Source of the DNA: the human T2T-CHM13v2.0 reference genome, Homo sapiens
DNA length: 64,000 nt
Reading direction: 5' to 3' (one strand)
NCBI RefSeq assembly: GCF_009914755.1
Contig: NC_060926.1
Positions 1 through 16,007 of the stretch are shown in pieces. Made by a program: the position numbers and the translations under genes. Numbering within the stretch: position 1 is the first letter of the stretch; every line of letters starts with the position of its first letter. A model generated the notes under the pieces. The model saw only the letters and a program-made list of their open reading frames with translations, was not told the origin of the DNA and did no database searches.

Positions 1-1771
1 TGTATATTTGCCACTGTCTAAGACAGTTATTTTGCTGATAAATGTTTTCAGTCTCCTAGTATTACGATGGATAGATAGGCCAGAAATTTATGTCAAGAAA
101 GAAACATATACATAATATATGTGAGAGTTCAGGTGGGGATGGGGAACAAAGAATGCCACTGAGAAAGCAGAAACATGAGAAAGCAGGCCTGGAGGGGATT
201 GCTTCCAAGGCCAGACTACAGAGTTGGATGCCTGGGTGATTGAAGAGAGCTGCCCCAGTGCTGGAGACTAGATAGCACCGGATGTTAGGAACCTGCTAGG
301 AGGGCAGCCTCACCTGAATTGAAATTGAAAGGCAGAGAGCCTAGAAAGTATCCTGAAGTGAGCAGGGAAGAGCTATACCTTGGACTAGAGGGTAGAGGGC
401 AATGTGGCCCCCAGGAGTGAAATGAAATATAATAGTATATAAAGTCTTTGTCTGTAAGTGATGGCTCAGGACAGCCTGAATGGTGTAACAGGATTATCTA
501 TGTATAATTCACCAGCTTTTTTCTAGATAAACCATGAGAATAATGGAAAATGTAGTTGAGGAACTTTAAATGTTGGTGGTTGTGTTATGTGGACAGTAAG
601 TGCCCTGTAAAAGAACGGTATTGCAAAGGTGGAAAGATGGTTGTTTCTCAGTTACAGTCTTTAAAGGGAGACAGCAGAAATCAACCACACAGATGACCAG
701 ACAACCTATTTGGATTCCTTTTCATTACCCAGAAAGCAAATTGGAGAGAGTTACCTCCAACCATTGAAGAAGCACCTAATGTCCCACCATAGTTCTGTGC
801 TCCATGAGATTGTTTACTTCCCCCTTAATGTATTTGCCAGTACTCCAGAAACAGACATCTTAGGACTTGAGAGCTTTATGTGACCTGCATAGATTCTTGG
901 TCTTCAGTGGCTCCTATTGGTTGATGCTTTTAGGTTGCGCAAAAGCCCTCAGGAATACGTTGGGCAGTGTGCTCAAAGTGGCATTCCAATTTTTCACGTA
1001 TTATTTTCCCAATGGTGGGAGATGGGACTGGAATCCACCTGCAGGTCTCCTGTGAGACAGTTAAGATTGCCTCATTATACCTGTAGGCAGAGAGACCCTC
1101 CAACTTGGAGGAGGCTCACCTGCCCACTGACAGTGGCAGTAGAGCAAAGACTTGAGACAAAGCAGGATGTGGAGAGACTGGTTTCCTTACCTTAACTACC
1201 CAGACCAGGGAATATGTTTTCTTCTGCCAACATAAAATAGTCAAGCATTTTCTGGGTCCCAGTTACGGAACATTAGAACAACTAATTAGGACAGCCCAAT
1301 CAATGGAAAACAGATTCCATAGAAAATAAATTAGGGAAACAGCATTCTAGATCCTTTTTTAGAGTTCAGCAGTGCACGCGATCATATTAAAAGCTCTGAG
1401 AAGCCTTTTGATAATGAAAGTGGTTTCACTGCATCTGACTCACTGTAGCTCCACATCCACTTTGGACCTTATTTTCCTTAAATATCTATTAACATTTCTT
1501 GAAACTTAGTGTTAAAAGAATCAGAAGCTAGGAGGCAGATGCCGAGAGAGGGGACACGGACTGATAGGGAAGGGATAAAACCACCAAAGACATGTTTAGT
1601 CCCCAGTTTGAGCTAAAAAATTTTTAGGTGGTTTTATCCTTTGCCTCATGTGGCCTATTCTTTAGCAGCTTTAGTAACGGGGTTACTAGTGAAGCCTATT
1701 AAGACTACCATGTCTGGAAAAGGCTGCGTTTTTTTGTTATTAAATCCTTACATTGGCTGCTTAGTTTTTGA

Positions 1772-2125
<354 letters not shown>

Positions 2126-2562
2126 GAGCAAACGACTTGGAACTTGTGATTTGGAACATATCTTTGAAGAAGAGCAGTCTTTTAAACTTTAAAAATACGT
2201 TTGGTAAAGATACCCAGGTTATCAAGTTATTTGTGGCTTATCAGTATATAATATAATAATTATATATAAATGATTGCTTTAAGAAGATAATTCTGATATT
2301 TTGTTGGTCATGTTACTAAGCAGTTTTTTTAACAGCCCAGTGATAAACTTTAAGCACAGTTTTTATTATGTCTGAATTAATGACATGTCACTGAATAGAA
2401 AGCACAAATATTTTAGAAAGGTATCCAAAACATTATTTACTCCTCTAGGAATAAAGACATTTGAAAATGCCGTTAGTGGGTCTTCTCCCACATTTCCTCC
2501 TCCCCAAAAAGATTTTTTAAATTTCTGTGTTATTGATTAATATGGCTTATTTTCATCCACAG

Positions 2563-2667
2563 AGGCCAGTAAGCTTGTCATGTCCTATGTGGCAGCTGTT
2601 TGTGGAAAAGGAGCAGAAGTTAATCAAGTTAAAGAACAGCTTTTACAGTCCAACCCGGTCCTGGAAG
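2563..2667 (+). CDS. MYO1B: MYO1B coding exon (exon 5), motor domain just after the P-loop: (E)ASKLVMSYVAAVCGKGAEVNQVKEQLLQSNPVLE(A)
   Basis: Acceptor tttcatccacag|AG and donor G|gtagga; 105 nt, phase 1-1; contains the myosin SNPVLEAFGNA motif start; peptide matches recalled human MYO1B. Confidence 0.97.
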
Positions 2668-3132
2668 GTAGGATGTGTTATGTTCATTAAGTCGGTGTGA
2701 CTCAAACAGTAGATTGAGTTATGTGGGTGCTTTGAGTACCTGGTCTGCTGGGAGGTATTCTGGGAGGGAAGAGGAAGGAAGAGATTCAGGCCAAGACCTG
2801 CTGAGCAAATAAGCCGTGTTCTAGAACCTCTTGGCCTAAGTGTTTAGCAGAATAGTTTACTAATGTAAAATGGGCTTCCTCACTTAACAGTCACTTTTCC
2901 CCACTCAATTTTTATTTGAATTCTTTAAATTTTGATTAAAAATAATCAACTGATCATTTGCATATGATGGTGCAGTGCTGTTTTATTATTCAGGATAACA
3001 CCTGTGGCTGATTATTTTTGTTGTTAGAGAAATGAGGGCTCACCCCGAGAAACACTTAAGGACTCATTTTTTCCAGAGTCATAGAAAGCCTAAACCTGAC
3101 TGGAGAGTGCTCAAATTCTCTATTTAGTTCTC

Positions 3133-3527
3133 TGTCTTAGCTTGGGCTGCCATAACAAAGTACACAGACTAGGTGGCTTCAACAACAGAAACTTATTTTC
3201 TCAAACCTCTAGAGGCTAGAAGTTCAAGATCAAGCTGTTGTCCAGGTAGATTTTATTCTGAGGCCTCTTTTCTTGGCTTGTAGGTGGCTGCCATCTTGCT
3301 GTATGCTCACTTGACCTTTTCACTGTGCTTGAGTGGGGAGAGGTGAGAGCAAGCTCTCTGGAATCTCTTCTCATAAGACCACCAGTTCCATCTTGAGGGC
3401 CTCACCCGTCATGACCACATCTCACCTTGATTCCTTCCCACAAGCCCCACCTCCTAATACTAGCTTTTTGAGGGTTAGGGCTTCAACATATGAATTTTGC
3501 AGGGAGATAAGCATTCAGCCCATAACA
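3133..3527 (-). mobile_element. MaLR solo LTR (MLT1A/B-like)
   Basis: gggctgccataacaaagtac...aacaacagaaacttattttctc...aagttcaagatcaag...cattcagcccataaca, resembling recalled MLT1 termini. Confidence 0.85.
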
Positions 3528-3665
3528 TCATCAGAAAACAAAACCAGAAATGAGTTTCCTTAATGCCATGGAGAATGGCATACAACATCAGTATGAACTA
3601 CCTTGGCATTGGAAACAGTATATCAAAGTCTTTCCCTACTGATGGCAAGCTATTAAACTGCTTTA

Positions 3666-4023
<358 letters not shown>

Positions 4024-4075
4024 TTATATTGTAAGCATGTCTTTACTGTCACTTAACATATTTGTTATGGTGGAG

Positions 4076-4284
4076 TAAGGTTTCTCAGCCTCAGCAGTGT
4101 TGGACTGCTTACATGTTGCTGTGGAAGGGTGTCCTGTGCATTGTAGGATGGCCTGTCCTGTGCATCTCTGACCTCTGTTAGCTGCCAGTTGCACCCCTGC
4201 CCCTAGTTGTTACAGTTGAAAGTATCTCCAGACATTGTCAGATGTCCCCTAGGGAGTCAGAACCACCCTTGATTAGAATCTCTA
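4076..4284 (-). mobile_element. MER20 (hAT-Charlie MITE)
   Basis: ggtttctcagcctcagca...gtcctgtgcattgtaggatg...tctccagacattgtcagatgtcccct matches recalled MER20 reverse complement. Confidence 0.8.
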
Positions 4285-5650
4285 GGCTAGATAGGTAGTT
4301 TGGTGGAAACTTTTGGTTCAAGTCATAGAAGTAAAGTCATGGAAGGATGAGATTCAACACGGATTAAAGCAGAACTGCTTTGGGGTAGTTTTTTCCCAGT
4401 ATGAAGGGTTAAAACCCTGCCCTGTTGTCGTTTGTACTCAGGCTCAGCCTCTCCTGCCCTTTCAGAGAGGCTCCCGAACACTGAGTATTCACTGTGACCC
4501 CAAGACACACTTCCCATGCTTCAGTTTCACCATTACAAGGACACACCATGCATCTGTATCCCCAGTTAGTAGCATAAGAGAGAAATGAAGGCAAATCATC
4601 TATTATGCTGTTTTTGATCTTTCCTCCATTGCAATATCTTAATAACGAAGCTATTATGGAAAGCGATATCTCTCAATTTTATTGTTCCAATATTTGACTT
4701 TTTGTTTATTGTCTTTTGCTTTTAAGTTGGGGTGCTATACATTTGCTGTATTTCTGCATATGTTTATTTTAAGAGTGCTGTGATGTAAAGGAGAAATGCT
4801 GAGGAATGCTGTAGCCTGCATCTGTGACTGGAATCTGGCTCTTTATTCAGTGGTATTTGGAACTAGGCTCCAGTGCAGGAAATAGAAGAAATGTCTACTG
4901 TGGGCATGCATTATCTTTTATGGGAATGCTTTACTTTTTAGCTGGAGCTGCTACTGTAAATGAACATTTAGAACAATGAACTTTAAAAAAACCAATTGAG
5001 GAATGTGTCTCAAGTGTTCTATAATGGAACACTTGCTTTTTATTCTGTGGCTCACAATAAAAGGCTTTAGTGTTTAGGGTTGTGTTTAGTAATGTGCAAC
5101 TCAGATTTGTTTGATGAAAAGATGGTTTATGGCTTGCAAATAGCACCCTGAATAAAGTTTCTTTGAAGCAATTCCTTCACTTGCCCCTGACCTTCAAGCC
5201 ACAATAAACTGTCCTTTATGCATCAACATCTCTAGTCGGACTTGGGGCTGTGCAAGTTAGCTAACTTGGCAGCCCTGCATGTTCACACCCACCACAAAAG
5301 ACTAGCCTGTGAAAACACAAGAAATGTCATCGTCTTCATGATAACTAGGTCAATACACACCATTATCAAGGTTACATTCATGAAAGCCTTTTAACTGGTG
5401 GTGGACATGAGATAAGAATGGGAACCTCTCCAGCAAGCATCCTTTTTTGAATATTTTTAGGTGCAAATTTCTTCATTCTGTATAGCATTTCAGCTCATCT
5501 TCTGTTGAAGACAGAATTTGCTGCCAGGGACCTACCAAACCATACTCAGCCCAAGCAGCATCTCTAAGGCAAAGAACTTTGCCTGTGTTGACTTTGTAAA
5601 TGTTGTCTTAACCAAGCTTGGGCAACTATCTTTTTAAGAATCAAAAACAC

Positions 5651-6131
<481 letters not shown>

Positions 6132-7337
6132 CTAATCTGCTCCCTGTTTAATTTGAAGAAGTTATGGAGACCTCTAGAGATTTGATGCCTAGCCTCTGAT
6201 TCCAGAAGTTTATTTCTGTTCACCACATTATTCATTCTAGCTGCCGTGTGGCCCCTGGATCCCAGTAACAGACTGGGCAGGTGGGAGGCTTGGTAGAAAC
6301 GGAGGATCTCATGCCTCTTCCCAGACCCATTGAACCTGAGTCTGCACTTTATCCTCATGTAGTTAGTTTGCACATTAAAGTTTGAAATGGTAAAGATGGG
6401 CGGGGTGGGGCTTCCAGAGTGTCAAACAGGGATCGCCTCTACTTATACAACTTATGTTTAGGCTACTTAATCTTCTACTACCATGGCCCAGGTTAACTTG
6501 CTCCTATCTTATGCACAGGCTTGGTGAAACAATCCTTTTACCCTATGACTCCGTGCTGTTCCCTGTGTTAAACAAGAGCACTGTGTGTCTGGACCAGCGT
6601 CAACCATGGGGTTCTTAAACGCTCTCATTTAAAAGGGAGTCCTGTGAGGGATTTGTCTCCAGGAAACAGCTAAGATTGGAACATTTGTATTTTGCATTAT
6701 GGGCCAAATTGTTTTTCTTTGTTGTCTGGAAAGTTTCACCTAGGTCTGATGTGCATAAACTGATGAAACCATGTAGCACTTGTAGCCTATTGGAAATGAC
6801 TGTTGTTTCCAAATCTCTTATTCTTCCTGTATTCCAGAGCTATATAATTAATAATATTTAAATAGCTTTATTTTAAAATTAATTAAACAATTTAAAGGTT
6901 CACATGCCATTCCCCATGATCTGGAAACTTCAAGTTCCATAAAGCCTTTGATAATAAGTAATCTCTGAAATAACCTTATTCAGTGATGATAATCCTAGAA
7001 GAGCATGAAGCTTTGCTTCCTGGTCACTCAATTGACTACTCTCTAGAAGTGTTAAAAGGTGTTGAATTAGGTAAGATTAAGTTTACAGTAATACTTGAAA
7101 AAATTCCATGAGTCATAGGAATGATTCTCTTTTTCTATGAACTTGTAAGACATGGAAGCTTTAGCAACTTACTAAGACTTCTGTTAAGTATATTTCTATG
7201 GAAGTTTTGGACAGAAATATCATTGCTACAAGTTGTATTTTCCAGAAATCATAGATTTCAAATACTGTATTTGCTTTATCTTTCTGCTTGAGATTATTAT
7301 TATTTTTTTAACCATACATCTGTTTCTTTCCTACTAG

Positions 7338-7384
7338 CTTTTGGAAATGCCAAAACTGTAAGGAATGACAACTCCTCTAGATTT
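7338..7384 (+). CDS. MYO1B: MYO1B exon 6: (A)FGNAKTVRNDNSSRF, switch I
   Basis: ctttcctactag| acceptor, |gtaagt donor; 47 nt; canonical myosin NDNSSRF motif; frame continues from previous exon. Confidence 0.97.
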
Positions 7385-9299
7385 GTAAGTATTTGTATAA
7401 GCATAAGTGTTAACACTAATATTTAGCTCATGTATGTTTAAACAACCAGTAGATGTTTAATATTTCTTAATACACACATTTTTAAAATAAGAGGAACATC
7501 ATCTCTATTGAAACACAAAGTTCTATAAGGACTCTTGATTTCTGGAATTTTCCTTTTGAATTCTTTTTGGAGTAACAAGCAATTTTTATCATGTTTTCTT
7601 GACATCTTCTATCATAAAATCCCATAAGCAATTTAAATGAGGCTATTTAGAGTAACACTTTGCTTATCTGAGTTTGGTATTTAGAAATCAAGAATCAGAA
7701 ATTAAGAGAAAGATAAACTGGGTCTCAAGTTTAGGGTTAGGGTGCACCGTAACCCTTGTCCCTTATTCAGTGGGTCCAGAAAGGATGGGATGTATTTTAA
7801 AATTAATAGAGGTAAAGTCCATAGGCTTGGCAACAAAAGCAAGCATGTGGGGTGAGCGTGGGGCTGTAGAGTAGAACTGAATAATAAAAACCAAATCTAT
7901 TTGGTGTTTTGAGCTTGATTGAGTTGGAAAATGCTACTTCTCCCTACAGGGTCCATCTTTCCAGCCTCATCCCCCACTACTCCCTGGCCTGTGCCTTGCA
8001 TGTTGACGCAGTGGGCTCCTCCAGGCGGGCCATGCTCTTGGGTGCCTCTACCCTTTACAGAGACACAGCTGCCTGGATGCAGCTGCAGGAAATATTGAGT
8101 CTGATGGTGGTGTTTTGAAATTGATGTATACATTTTTATAATAAAAGATCATTTGTTTAATGAACCGTCTTCTCACATACCTTACTGATTGCCACCAGGG
8201 ACAATTTTGATGATCTTTTATGCCTCCTTATGTGAGACCCTTCCTGACCTTTCTCCACCTTCTTCTTTTAGATCCCGTTTGGCTCTTTCCTCCTTAAGGT
8301 TATTTTGTGCTTAAGGCAGGACAGTGACTTCAAGGGAGATAGTTTTGATAGTTTAGAAAATGGCAGGCTAAATAAGGTTCCTAATTCCAAGGCTGTGAAT
8401 TTTTTCCATCAGATTAGCCCCTTAAGTTGTTATAACTGATTTGATCTGTGCCTTTTCCTGTTGTGGTAACATGGCTAATCTCATTACATAAATAGAATTA
8501 GAAGTGAAGTGTGGGCGATAGAAGTAATTCTAATGACCAAGCTTCTTTATGTGATAGAGATTTTATTTTTGCTGTTTGCAAATTACATACACACACAGTA
8601 TTTAATATTTGCAAATATATTTAGTCTATAGATCACAAAAATGTAAAAACCCATATTGCTTAAAAGGCTATTACTACTCAGTGATATTTGAAATCTAGTG
8701 AAAGGCTTGGCAGGTGATTTGGCTTATTAAGTAACTTCAGAGAAATCCTATTATAACACGGGTATTAGGATATGAGATTAATACCTGATTATGGGCTAAA
8801 TCATTTCATGCCCAGTTTTTAGCAGTTTCTCTGCTTTGTGGTCTGTGACTTGACTAGTAATATACCCATGTTTTAATTTTATAGGAGGACTCTACTGTAT
8901 TTAAAGTTACTACTGTACCTAACAGTGGTTTATGTACTTGTACTCCGGGGAAATTGCAATGTCTTCGACTTGCAAACCAGTCTGTGTTGGTCTGGTTAAC
9001 CTGGAATGAATTCCTTGACCTCTTCACTGAGTAGTCTGATAGACCCTGCTATGTTGTAGTTAATGCTTGCTCATCGTAGCTCACATTTTGAACCAGTATT
9101 CCCATGGAGATGCCTCACAGTGTCCGCTCCCCACCACAGCAGCTGTAGTTTGACATATTGAGCTACGAGTTATTTCTGAGTGGACTAGTGACATGATCAG
9201 AACCCAGCTTTTGGCGAGTAATCAGGAAGTGGCTTAGTGGGAATAGTGTCATTCCACTATCAACTGAATTCTCAGGGCTGGCCACTCATTGGTTTATCC

Positions 9300-10300
9300 C
9301 TGGTTGTCTTCCTTTTCCATTCTCTCCAGTGTTTATTCTACTCTCCTCAAACATCCTATTTTTTTACTCTCAGCTCATGATGTTACGCCTACTTCACAGA
9401 AATCACCATCATCATCATACAGGCCTTCAAACTGAGTTAATCCTGCTTCCTGGTGCCTGACCTATATGTATGTCTATGTACACTCCTTTTACCTAGGCTC
9501 TAGATTCTGTCGCCTCCTGTGGCCAGGGACCACCTTCTGTCAAAAGGATCCCCTCTTACATGGTCAACCTCTGACTCCTTTGACAGAGTAACCATTCTTT
9601 CCCTCCTTTGTAGCTGCTTCACCTCCTTGGTCCCCCACCTTCTTGGAGGTCCTCCCTGTACACTGAGTGGCCTGGGCCACATGACTGGACTTTTTTTTTT
9701 CCTCTCTCATCTCCTGCATCCAACCTGGGCCTGTTCCTGTGACTCTCCGGGTAGCTCTCAATTCTGTTTACTTTTTCTCTTTGACTACTTCTACTTAAAG
9801 CCACCAACATTTCTCCACTAATCACTGTAGCCACCTCCTGTCAGCTACATCTTCTCTTGCTTCTTTCCTGTTCATTCCATGCTAGCCAGGGAAATCTTGT
9901 AAATAGGCAGGTTTGATCATGGCATCCTTGTTTAGGAGCCTTTAAGGACATGGCTTTGGTGTGACGAGAATATCTCAAAGTAATCATGTGCTCCAACTTC
10001 CCTCTCCAGCCTTGTTTCCCACTCATCCTCACGGTTGCCAATTCTTATGCCTACTCCTTCCTGGTCTCCCACCTCCTTGCCCACCTGACTTCTGCTGATA
10101 CTTTGCAATTAAGATGGGGCAGATTTCCTACTCTCCCTTTGTTCCCGCTTCTTTGGCATAGCACCAGGACCCACTGTAGGACATATCCTCCTAGACTGGA
10201 ATATCCAGTTAACCTGTCTCAATTCCCCCGCTAGACAGTAAGCTCCTTGAAGGCAGGAGCCATGCCATGCTTTCGCTTGTGCCTACTTCAGCTTTAAGGA
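9300..10300 (+). mobile_element. Degraded L2 LINE fragments ending in the L2 3' end
   Basis: Pyrimidine-rich L2-like sequence ending ctagacagtaagctccttgaaggcagg; boundaries approximate. Confidence 0.6.
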
Positions 10301-11263
10301 AATGGTTGAGGGACATATCCTTATGAATAAGTGCAGACCTAAAAGGGTAGAGGACCCATGATGATGAAAAAAGAGAAGGTGCAGGAGCATGCATAAGCCG
10401 ATAAAAAGGCACAAATTGCATTGTTGACTGAGTTCCATGTGATTGTATTTCTTCTCCCTTACCCTCATTTTGAAAATTAATGAGTTAAAGTAATTCTTAG
10501 GACATGAAACAAAACTAAAGACTTTACTTATTAGATCAACACACACTTTTCCAAACAAGAAACAGCTGTCACAGTTACTCTGTTATACTTGTTACTCTTT
10601 AGGCAATTATAGACCAGTTCTTTTAACAATCAGAATATTAAACTCTATGTGTGTTTCTGTGTGTTTAAGATACTATCTATAAAGTGTAAAATGAACCTGC
10701 GTTATATATTGCTATTATAATCTGGGTGAAAAGCCAAAAACAGTAATAATGACCAGTGTGATTCTGACCTGTTCATAACACATAATCTTGTATTTGATTT
10801 GAGTAGATATAAAAACAGATCTCTGAACGTTTCAATTCATTTACTGATATGTTTCAAGTTCCTAGCAATGGCTTAAAACATATTCTGCCAATAAAAAAAG
10901 ACTATCTTCCCAACCAGTCTGTATACACAGACAACTTATTTTTCTTCTGTTTTTATTTTTGAATTGAGTACATATCCTCCAGAAGTTTGAAAAATAATCT
11001 TAAATGGAAAAATCACATGATGGCTGAGAAGATTTGTTCCTAAATTAGCAGTGGGTTATATTAGCTTTGAACTAATGGGGTATTTAGTATGAATTATTTA
11101 TGGAGGCATGTTGTTTTGCATCGTGGTTATATAAACTGTGTCTTTCTTAGTTACATTTAAACAAATGTATAAAAATAAGGGCTTAGTCTGCTGTTCTCTA
11201 AGAAGTACACTGAGTTAACATTTTGAGATGAACTAGAAAACTCACAAAATCTTTCTTTGGCAG

Positions 11264-11327
11264 GGCAAATATATGGATATTGAATTTGACTTTAAAGGCG
11301 ATCCACTAGGAGGAGTAATAAGTAACT
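11264..11327 (+). CDS. MYO1B: MYO1B exon 7: GKYMDIEFDFKGDPLGGVISN(Y)
   Basis: ctttctttggcag| and |gtgagt; 64 nt; class-I myosin GKYMDIEFD motif. Confidence 0.97.
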
Positions 11328-12706
11328 GTGAGTATTTTTCTTCAGTCCTTGTAAAGAAGTTCAGAATACTAAAACATATATTTATAGTAGAATAGTTTAG
11401 ATACTTGTGTCTTTGAGGCATAAGAATATGTTTCCTTGCTTTATATTTAGACTTTAAGCTTTGCATTTCAGATTGTTTTATAATAGAATGTAATTTATAA
11501 ATCTTTTTAAAGATCACTTAACATCTTTACCTTGGAAAAACTTTTTAGAAGTTTGCTAAATAAATATTTGCGCTACTGTTTTTTATATTCTATAGGTCTT
11601 TTTAAAATCCTATAGGTCTTTAAGGCAATCCAGTATGAAAAAAAGATCCTCTAAGGGTTATTTTCTTTAACAAAATGCTTATGATAAAAAAAATATAAAT
11701 AATTGGTTTTAAATTATAACTTTTGAAGTAATATTTATTCAATAAAAGGAGTAGACCTGTACTTCAGTCTTATTTTGAGAAATGTTGCTTCTCTTCCAGT
11801 GTATTTAAGTGATTGGAATGTGATACACTTGTTAGGTAAAACAGATTTTTTAACCTTCTTTAGACATGATTTGTGACTGTGGAAGTGAAATATTTTATGT
11901 GAAAAGTTAAAAAAAAAAAACAAAAAAAACACAATCAGATGAGGTCTGCTCATTCTAGCCCAGGTGCAGAGTTTTCTAAAGTGGGTGTATGAGTGCCACA
12001 CGGGGTTTTCAGTGTCTCTTGTAAAAATGACAGTGCTGTCAGTGCTTTGGAGTTGTGGCACCCACAGCACAACCCTGATGTCCCTGCTCCTCTTGACTCG
12101 TGGTTGATTAGTTTGGAAAATGTAAGATGATGACTCAGGGCTTTGTGCACCTCAGCCACAGTCTGGTTATCCTCTGAGTCCTCTGGGTTTTTTGAGGACC
12201 ATAGAACTGAACCTTCTCCTGCCCTTGCCTGCCTCACCATCCCATGGTGCTATTGGGATTGTTAGAATGAAAAAATTTATGTTTAGACCTAAAAAAAAAA
12301 AAAAAGAAAGTTGACTGAAGTATCCAAAGTGTGCTCATTTATTTTTCTTATAACAGTGGCATTTCGTCTTCAAAGGAAATGTTATGCTGAACCCCAAAGA
12401 AGGTACCGGGGTAAAATGAGACCTGATCTGGTTGAAGAGGAGATGGGTAGCCCAGAATCCCGGCACTCTCAGATGCCACTGAGATCTTCCTGACTAGCCC
12501 TAGCAGAAGAATGCCATTTGAAAATTATTATTTAGTAATTTGGTCAAACTATGCAGCTGATTTAAAAAAAAAATTAAATCATGATTCAGAGAGTAACCAT
12601 CTAGGGCTAGAGGTTTCTCATCTTTAAAATGATAGGATTGAATTGGATGAATTCCATGGTTCTTCCCATTTCCAGCATTCTGTAGTTCTTAAATAATTTA
12701 ACTTCT

Positions 12707-13010
12707 GGCTGGGCGCAATGGCTCATGCCTGTAATCCCAGCACTTTGGGAGACTGAGGCAGGGGGATCACCTGAGCTCATCAGTTTGAGACCAGCCTGGC
12801 CAACATGTGAAACCCCCCGTCTCTACCAAAAATACAAAAGTTAGCCGGATGTGATGGCGCATGCCTGTGGTTCCAGCTCAGGAGATTGACTTAGGAAAAT
12901 CACTTGAGCCTGGGAGCTGGAGGTTACAGTGAGCCAAGATTGAGCCACTGCGCTCCAACCTGGGTGACAGAGTGAGACCCCATCTCAAAAATAAATAAAT
13001 AAATAAATAA
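12707..13010 (+). mobile_element. Older Alu (AluJ/S) with (AAAT)n tail
   Basis: ggctgggcgcaatggctcatgcctgtaatcccagcac...gagtgagaccccatctc then aaaaataaataaataaat. Confidence 0.93.
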
Positions 13011-14789
13011 GTTTCCATTTTAGTTTGCCCACCTACACACTTTTGTATGCCATGTGTTCGGATTGTCCATATTTATAAGAATGTTTAATTATTAGAGAAA
13101 TGCCTTGAAGAGAAAGTTTTAATATGAACTGAAGTTGAATGGGATAGTGCTACCTAAGTTAAATGATTTCATACACAAAATATGGGAGTAAAAGTACTCA
13201 TGCAAACCACATACGATGTAACCAAAGGCAAGTGATTATAACCCCTGCCAAACTTGTTAGGAAGACTCTTTTTACAATATATGGCAGCTGATCAGAGCTA
13301 TCCAGCTAGTGGTTTGCCTCAGTTTTAAGATCACCATTTTAAGGAATGATTAATATTTATTCTGAATGATATTCATGAGCCTTTAGTGCTTTCTTTTTAC
13401 AAGACAAATTAACTCTAGCTATAAAATTAATAAAACACTGTTTTTAAAAATGAGAGTAGGTTTACTATTTCCATTACAGAACTTATAGCTGAACATTTTG
13501 GAATGATTTAATCAATATTACTCGAGGATTTTAGGAAAATAATTCAGGATGATTTTATTATTATAAGGATTAGAAAATAACTTCAGTTTTAAATTTTGAA
13601 GTTTAAGTTCTAAGCACAAATGTCTTCTTGTCCCCTGATTCTTGCAGTATCCATGGAGAATAAATATTAAACACTCAGTTCTTTTCCAATTAAGATTAAT
13701 ATATCTTCATGAATGGAGTTCATATGGTGTTTGTTACCATTTGTTCCCACAGTGAAATTATATTGAAATTTGTGGTAGTGAGAACACCCTGGTATTTAAG
13801 AGTATCCTTTGCTTTGGAGAGAAAAGGAATACATTAGTGGTAAGAGCAGGAAATTTCATCCTGTATAGAGAACTGACTCATCGGTGGTCACTGGGAGTTG
13901 CTGCCTTCTGGCAGAAGGGAGTTTAAAGCAATGGATAAACCAACTGGTGTTCTCTCCAAACTAAAGAAGCTAAAAGTTAGCTTCTTGTAGCGTAGAAAAG
14001 AAGACAAAATTTGCCATTTTGTAGGAAGTATATTTTGCCTCCTTTTCCAGCAGCTGCTTAGTGAAAGCATAGATTGTCATTGGCTAAAACTCTTAACCTT
14101 GAAAAAGGCACAATATCCCTTGAGCCAATTGTGTACCCAGGAAGTGGAAAGGAAAGCCCGGTAACTCCTCTCTCTTTTTCTAAAAGAGACAAATTAAGTC
14201 TGGGACTCACTTGAAAACTACATATCCCTGAGGTTAGTGTCATTAAGAGAGGTATTAAAATAGAAGATGGTAAAACATTTGTTTCAATAGAGAAGATAAA
14301 ATATAGAAGCACATCCAAATGTTTAGGTGATGTTAAATAATATTTCTCCTAGTTTGTTAAGGTTTGTTGGTCTGATAACATTTATGTTTTTGTATTTGGG
14401 GATTTTGCATCTAGTGTTATGAACTGGAAGCTTTTGGAAACTAGTTTTTAAAATTAACATCACAGGCATTTGGTGGCAGTTTAGACAGTGGAGAACATAT
14501 GGTACAAGTCGCAAGGGATTCTGTCTTCTAGAAGAAGAATAGCACAGAGAAATATACGCTATGAAGAAACTATTATTTCAGATGTGCATACACCTGAGCG
14601 AACTATGGACTAGACAGGTCGTCTTGTTCACATTACCTTATCAAGAGTCTAGTGTAATACCTGACACAGCAGGTGTGTAAGTGCAAATACGGGCAGGCTC
14701 TTTTTTCCTTATCCATTATTTGGGGCATACCCGTGAGCCTACTTTTGCAACTCTTGTTGGTTTATCATGTGGTTTCCAGTGTCTAAACA

Positions 14790-14958
14790 AAAGACGGCAA
14801 ATTACTTCATTCTCTGTGCCTCCATTTCTTCACTTTGAAATGAGAATAACAATAGGACTGATTGCATAGGTTGTCCTGAGGTATAAATTATGTATTAGTA
14901 TCTAAAGCACTTGTAATAGTGCCTGGTACATAGTGAGCACTCAATAAATATTTGCTTT
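14790..14958 (+). mobile_element. MIR SINE
   Basis: ttacttcattctctgtgcctccatttcttcactttgaaatgagaataac...gtgcctggtacatagtgagcactcaataaata, the MIR core and 3' end. Confidence 0.8.
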
Positions 14959-15077
14959 TTTCACTATAGTTATTTGTTTATTGTCTCTAGCCTTTCACCA
15001 AATACATGCTCTATAAGGATAGAGCCTTAGTCTGGTTCATTACTGAGTGACCAGCAACTAAAATAGTGTCAAACATA

Positions 15078-15410
<333 letters not shown>

Positions 15411-16007
15411 TTATATATATTTGTTGAATGAATGAATGATCACAAAAGTAATTATGTACAGTTAAGAGTTTTGTTGAGAAATAAAGCTTCTGCTTTATTG
15501 GAAAATTTTGTCTGAATATTCTGTGCTAATCATTTAAAAATACTTCTAAATGAATGCTTTTCCTAAATCCCAGAAAGTCAAACAAAATTATTGGTAGTCA
15601 GAGTTCTCTTGTTCCTGACTTTGTTCAGCTTGAAAAAAAGAAATTCTGCTAATTATGAATGGAGGCAAATGCTGTGATTTGTCTATGTTCCAGTTATTCT
15701 TGCTGCACTGCCTGACAACCCCCCGCCCCCTACAACCTCAAACTTAGTAGCAGAGTACAACAAGTTTGGGTGTTTCACAGTATTACAACTAGGTTCTGAG
15801 AGGAAAGTAACATCCTGGCAACCAGTGTTCCAAGAGGTTGAGGAGGAAGCCTGAAGTAGCCTAGGAAAGCATATGGCATGTCACTTCTGCTGTACTCTAT
15901 GTAGTCACAGTGGGCACCAGCTTGCACAGTTTCAGGGGCAGGGACACAGATCATACCTCTCGAAAGAGTGTCAAATAATTGGTAATCATTTTATTTTAGA
16001 CAGCCAC

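Noticed and set aside
1250-1520. Possible hAT-Charlie MITE remnant (aaagctctgagaagcc...)
   Set aside because: Similarity too degraded to fix family or boundaries
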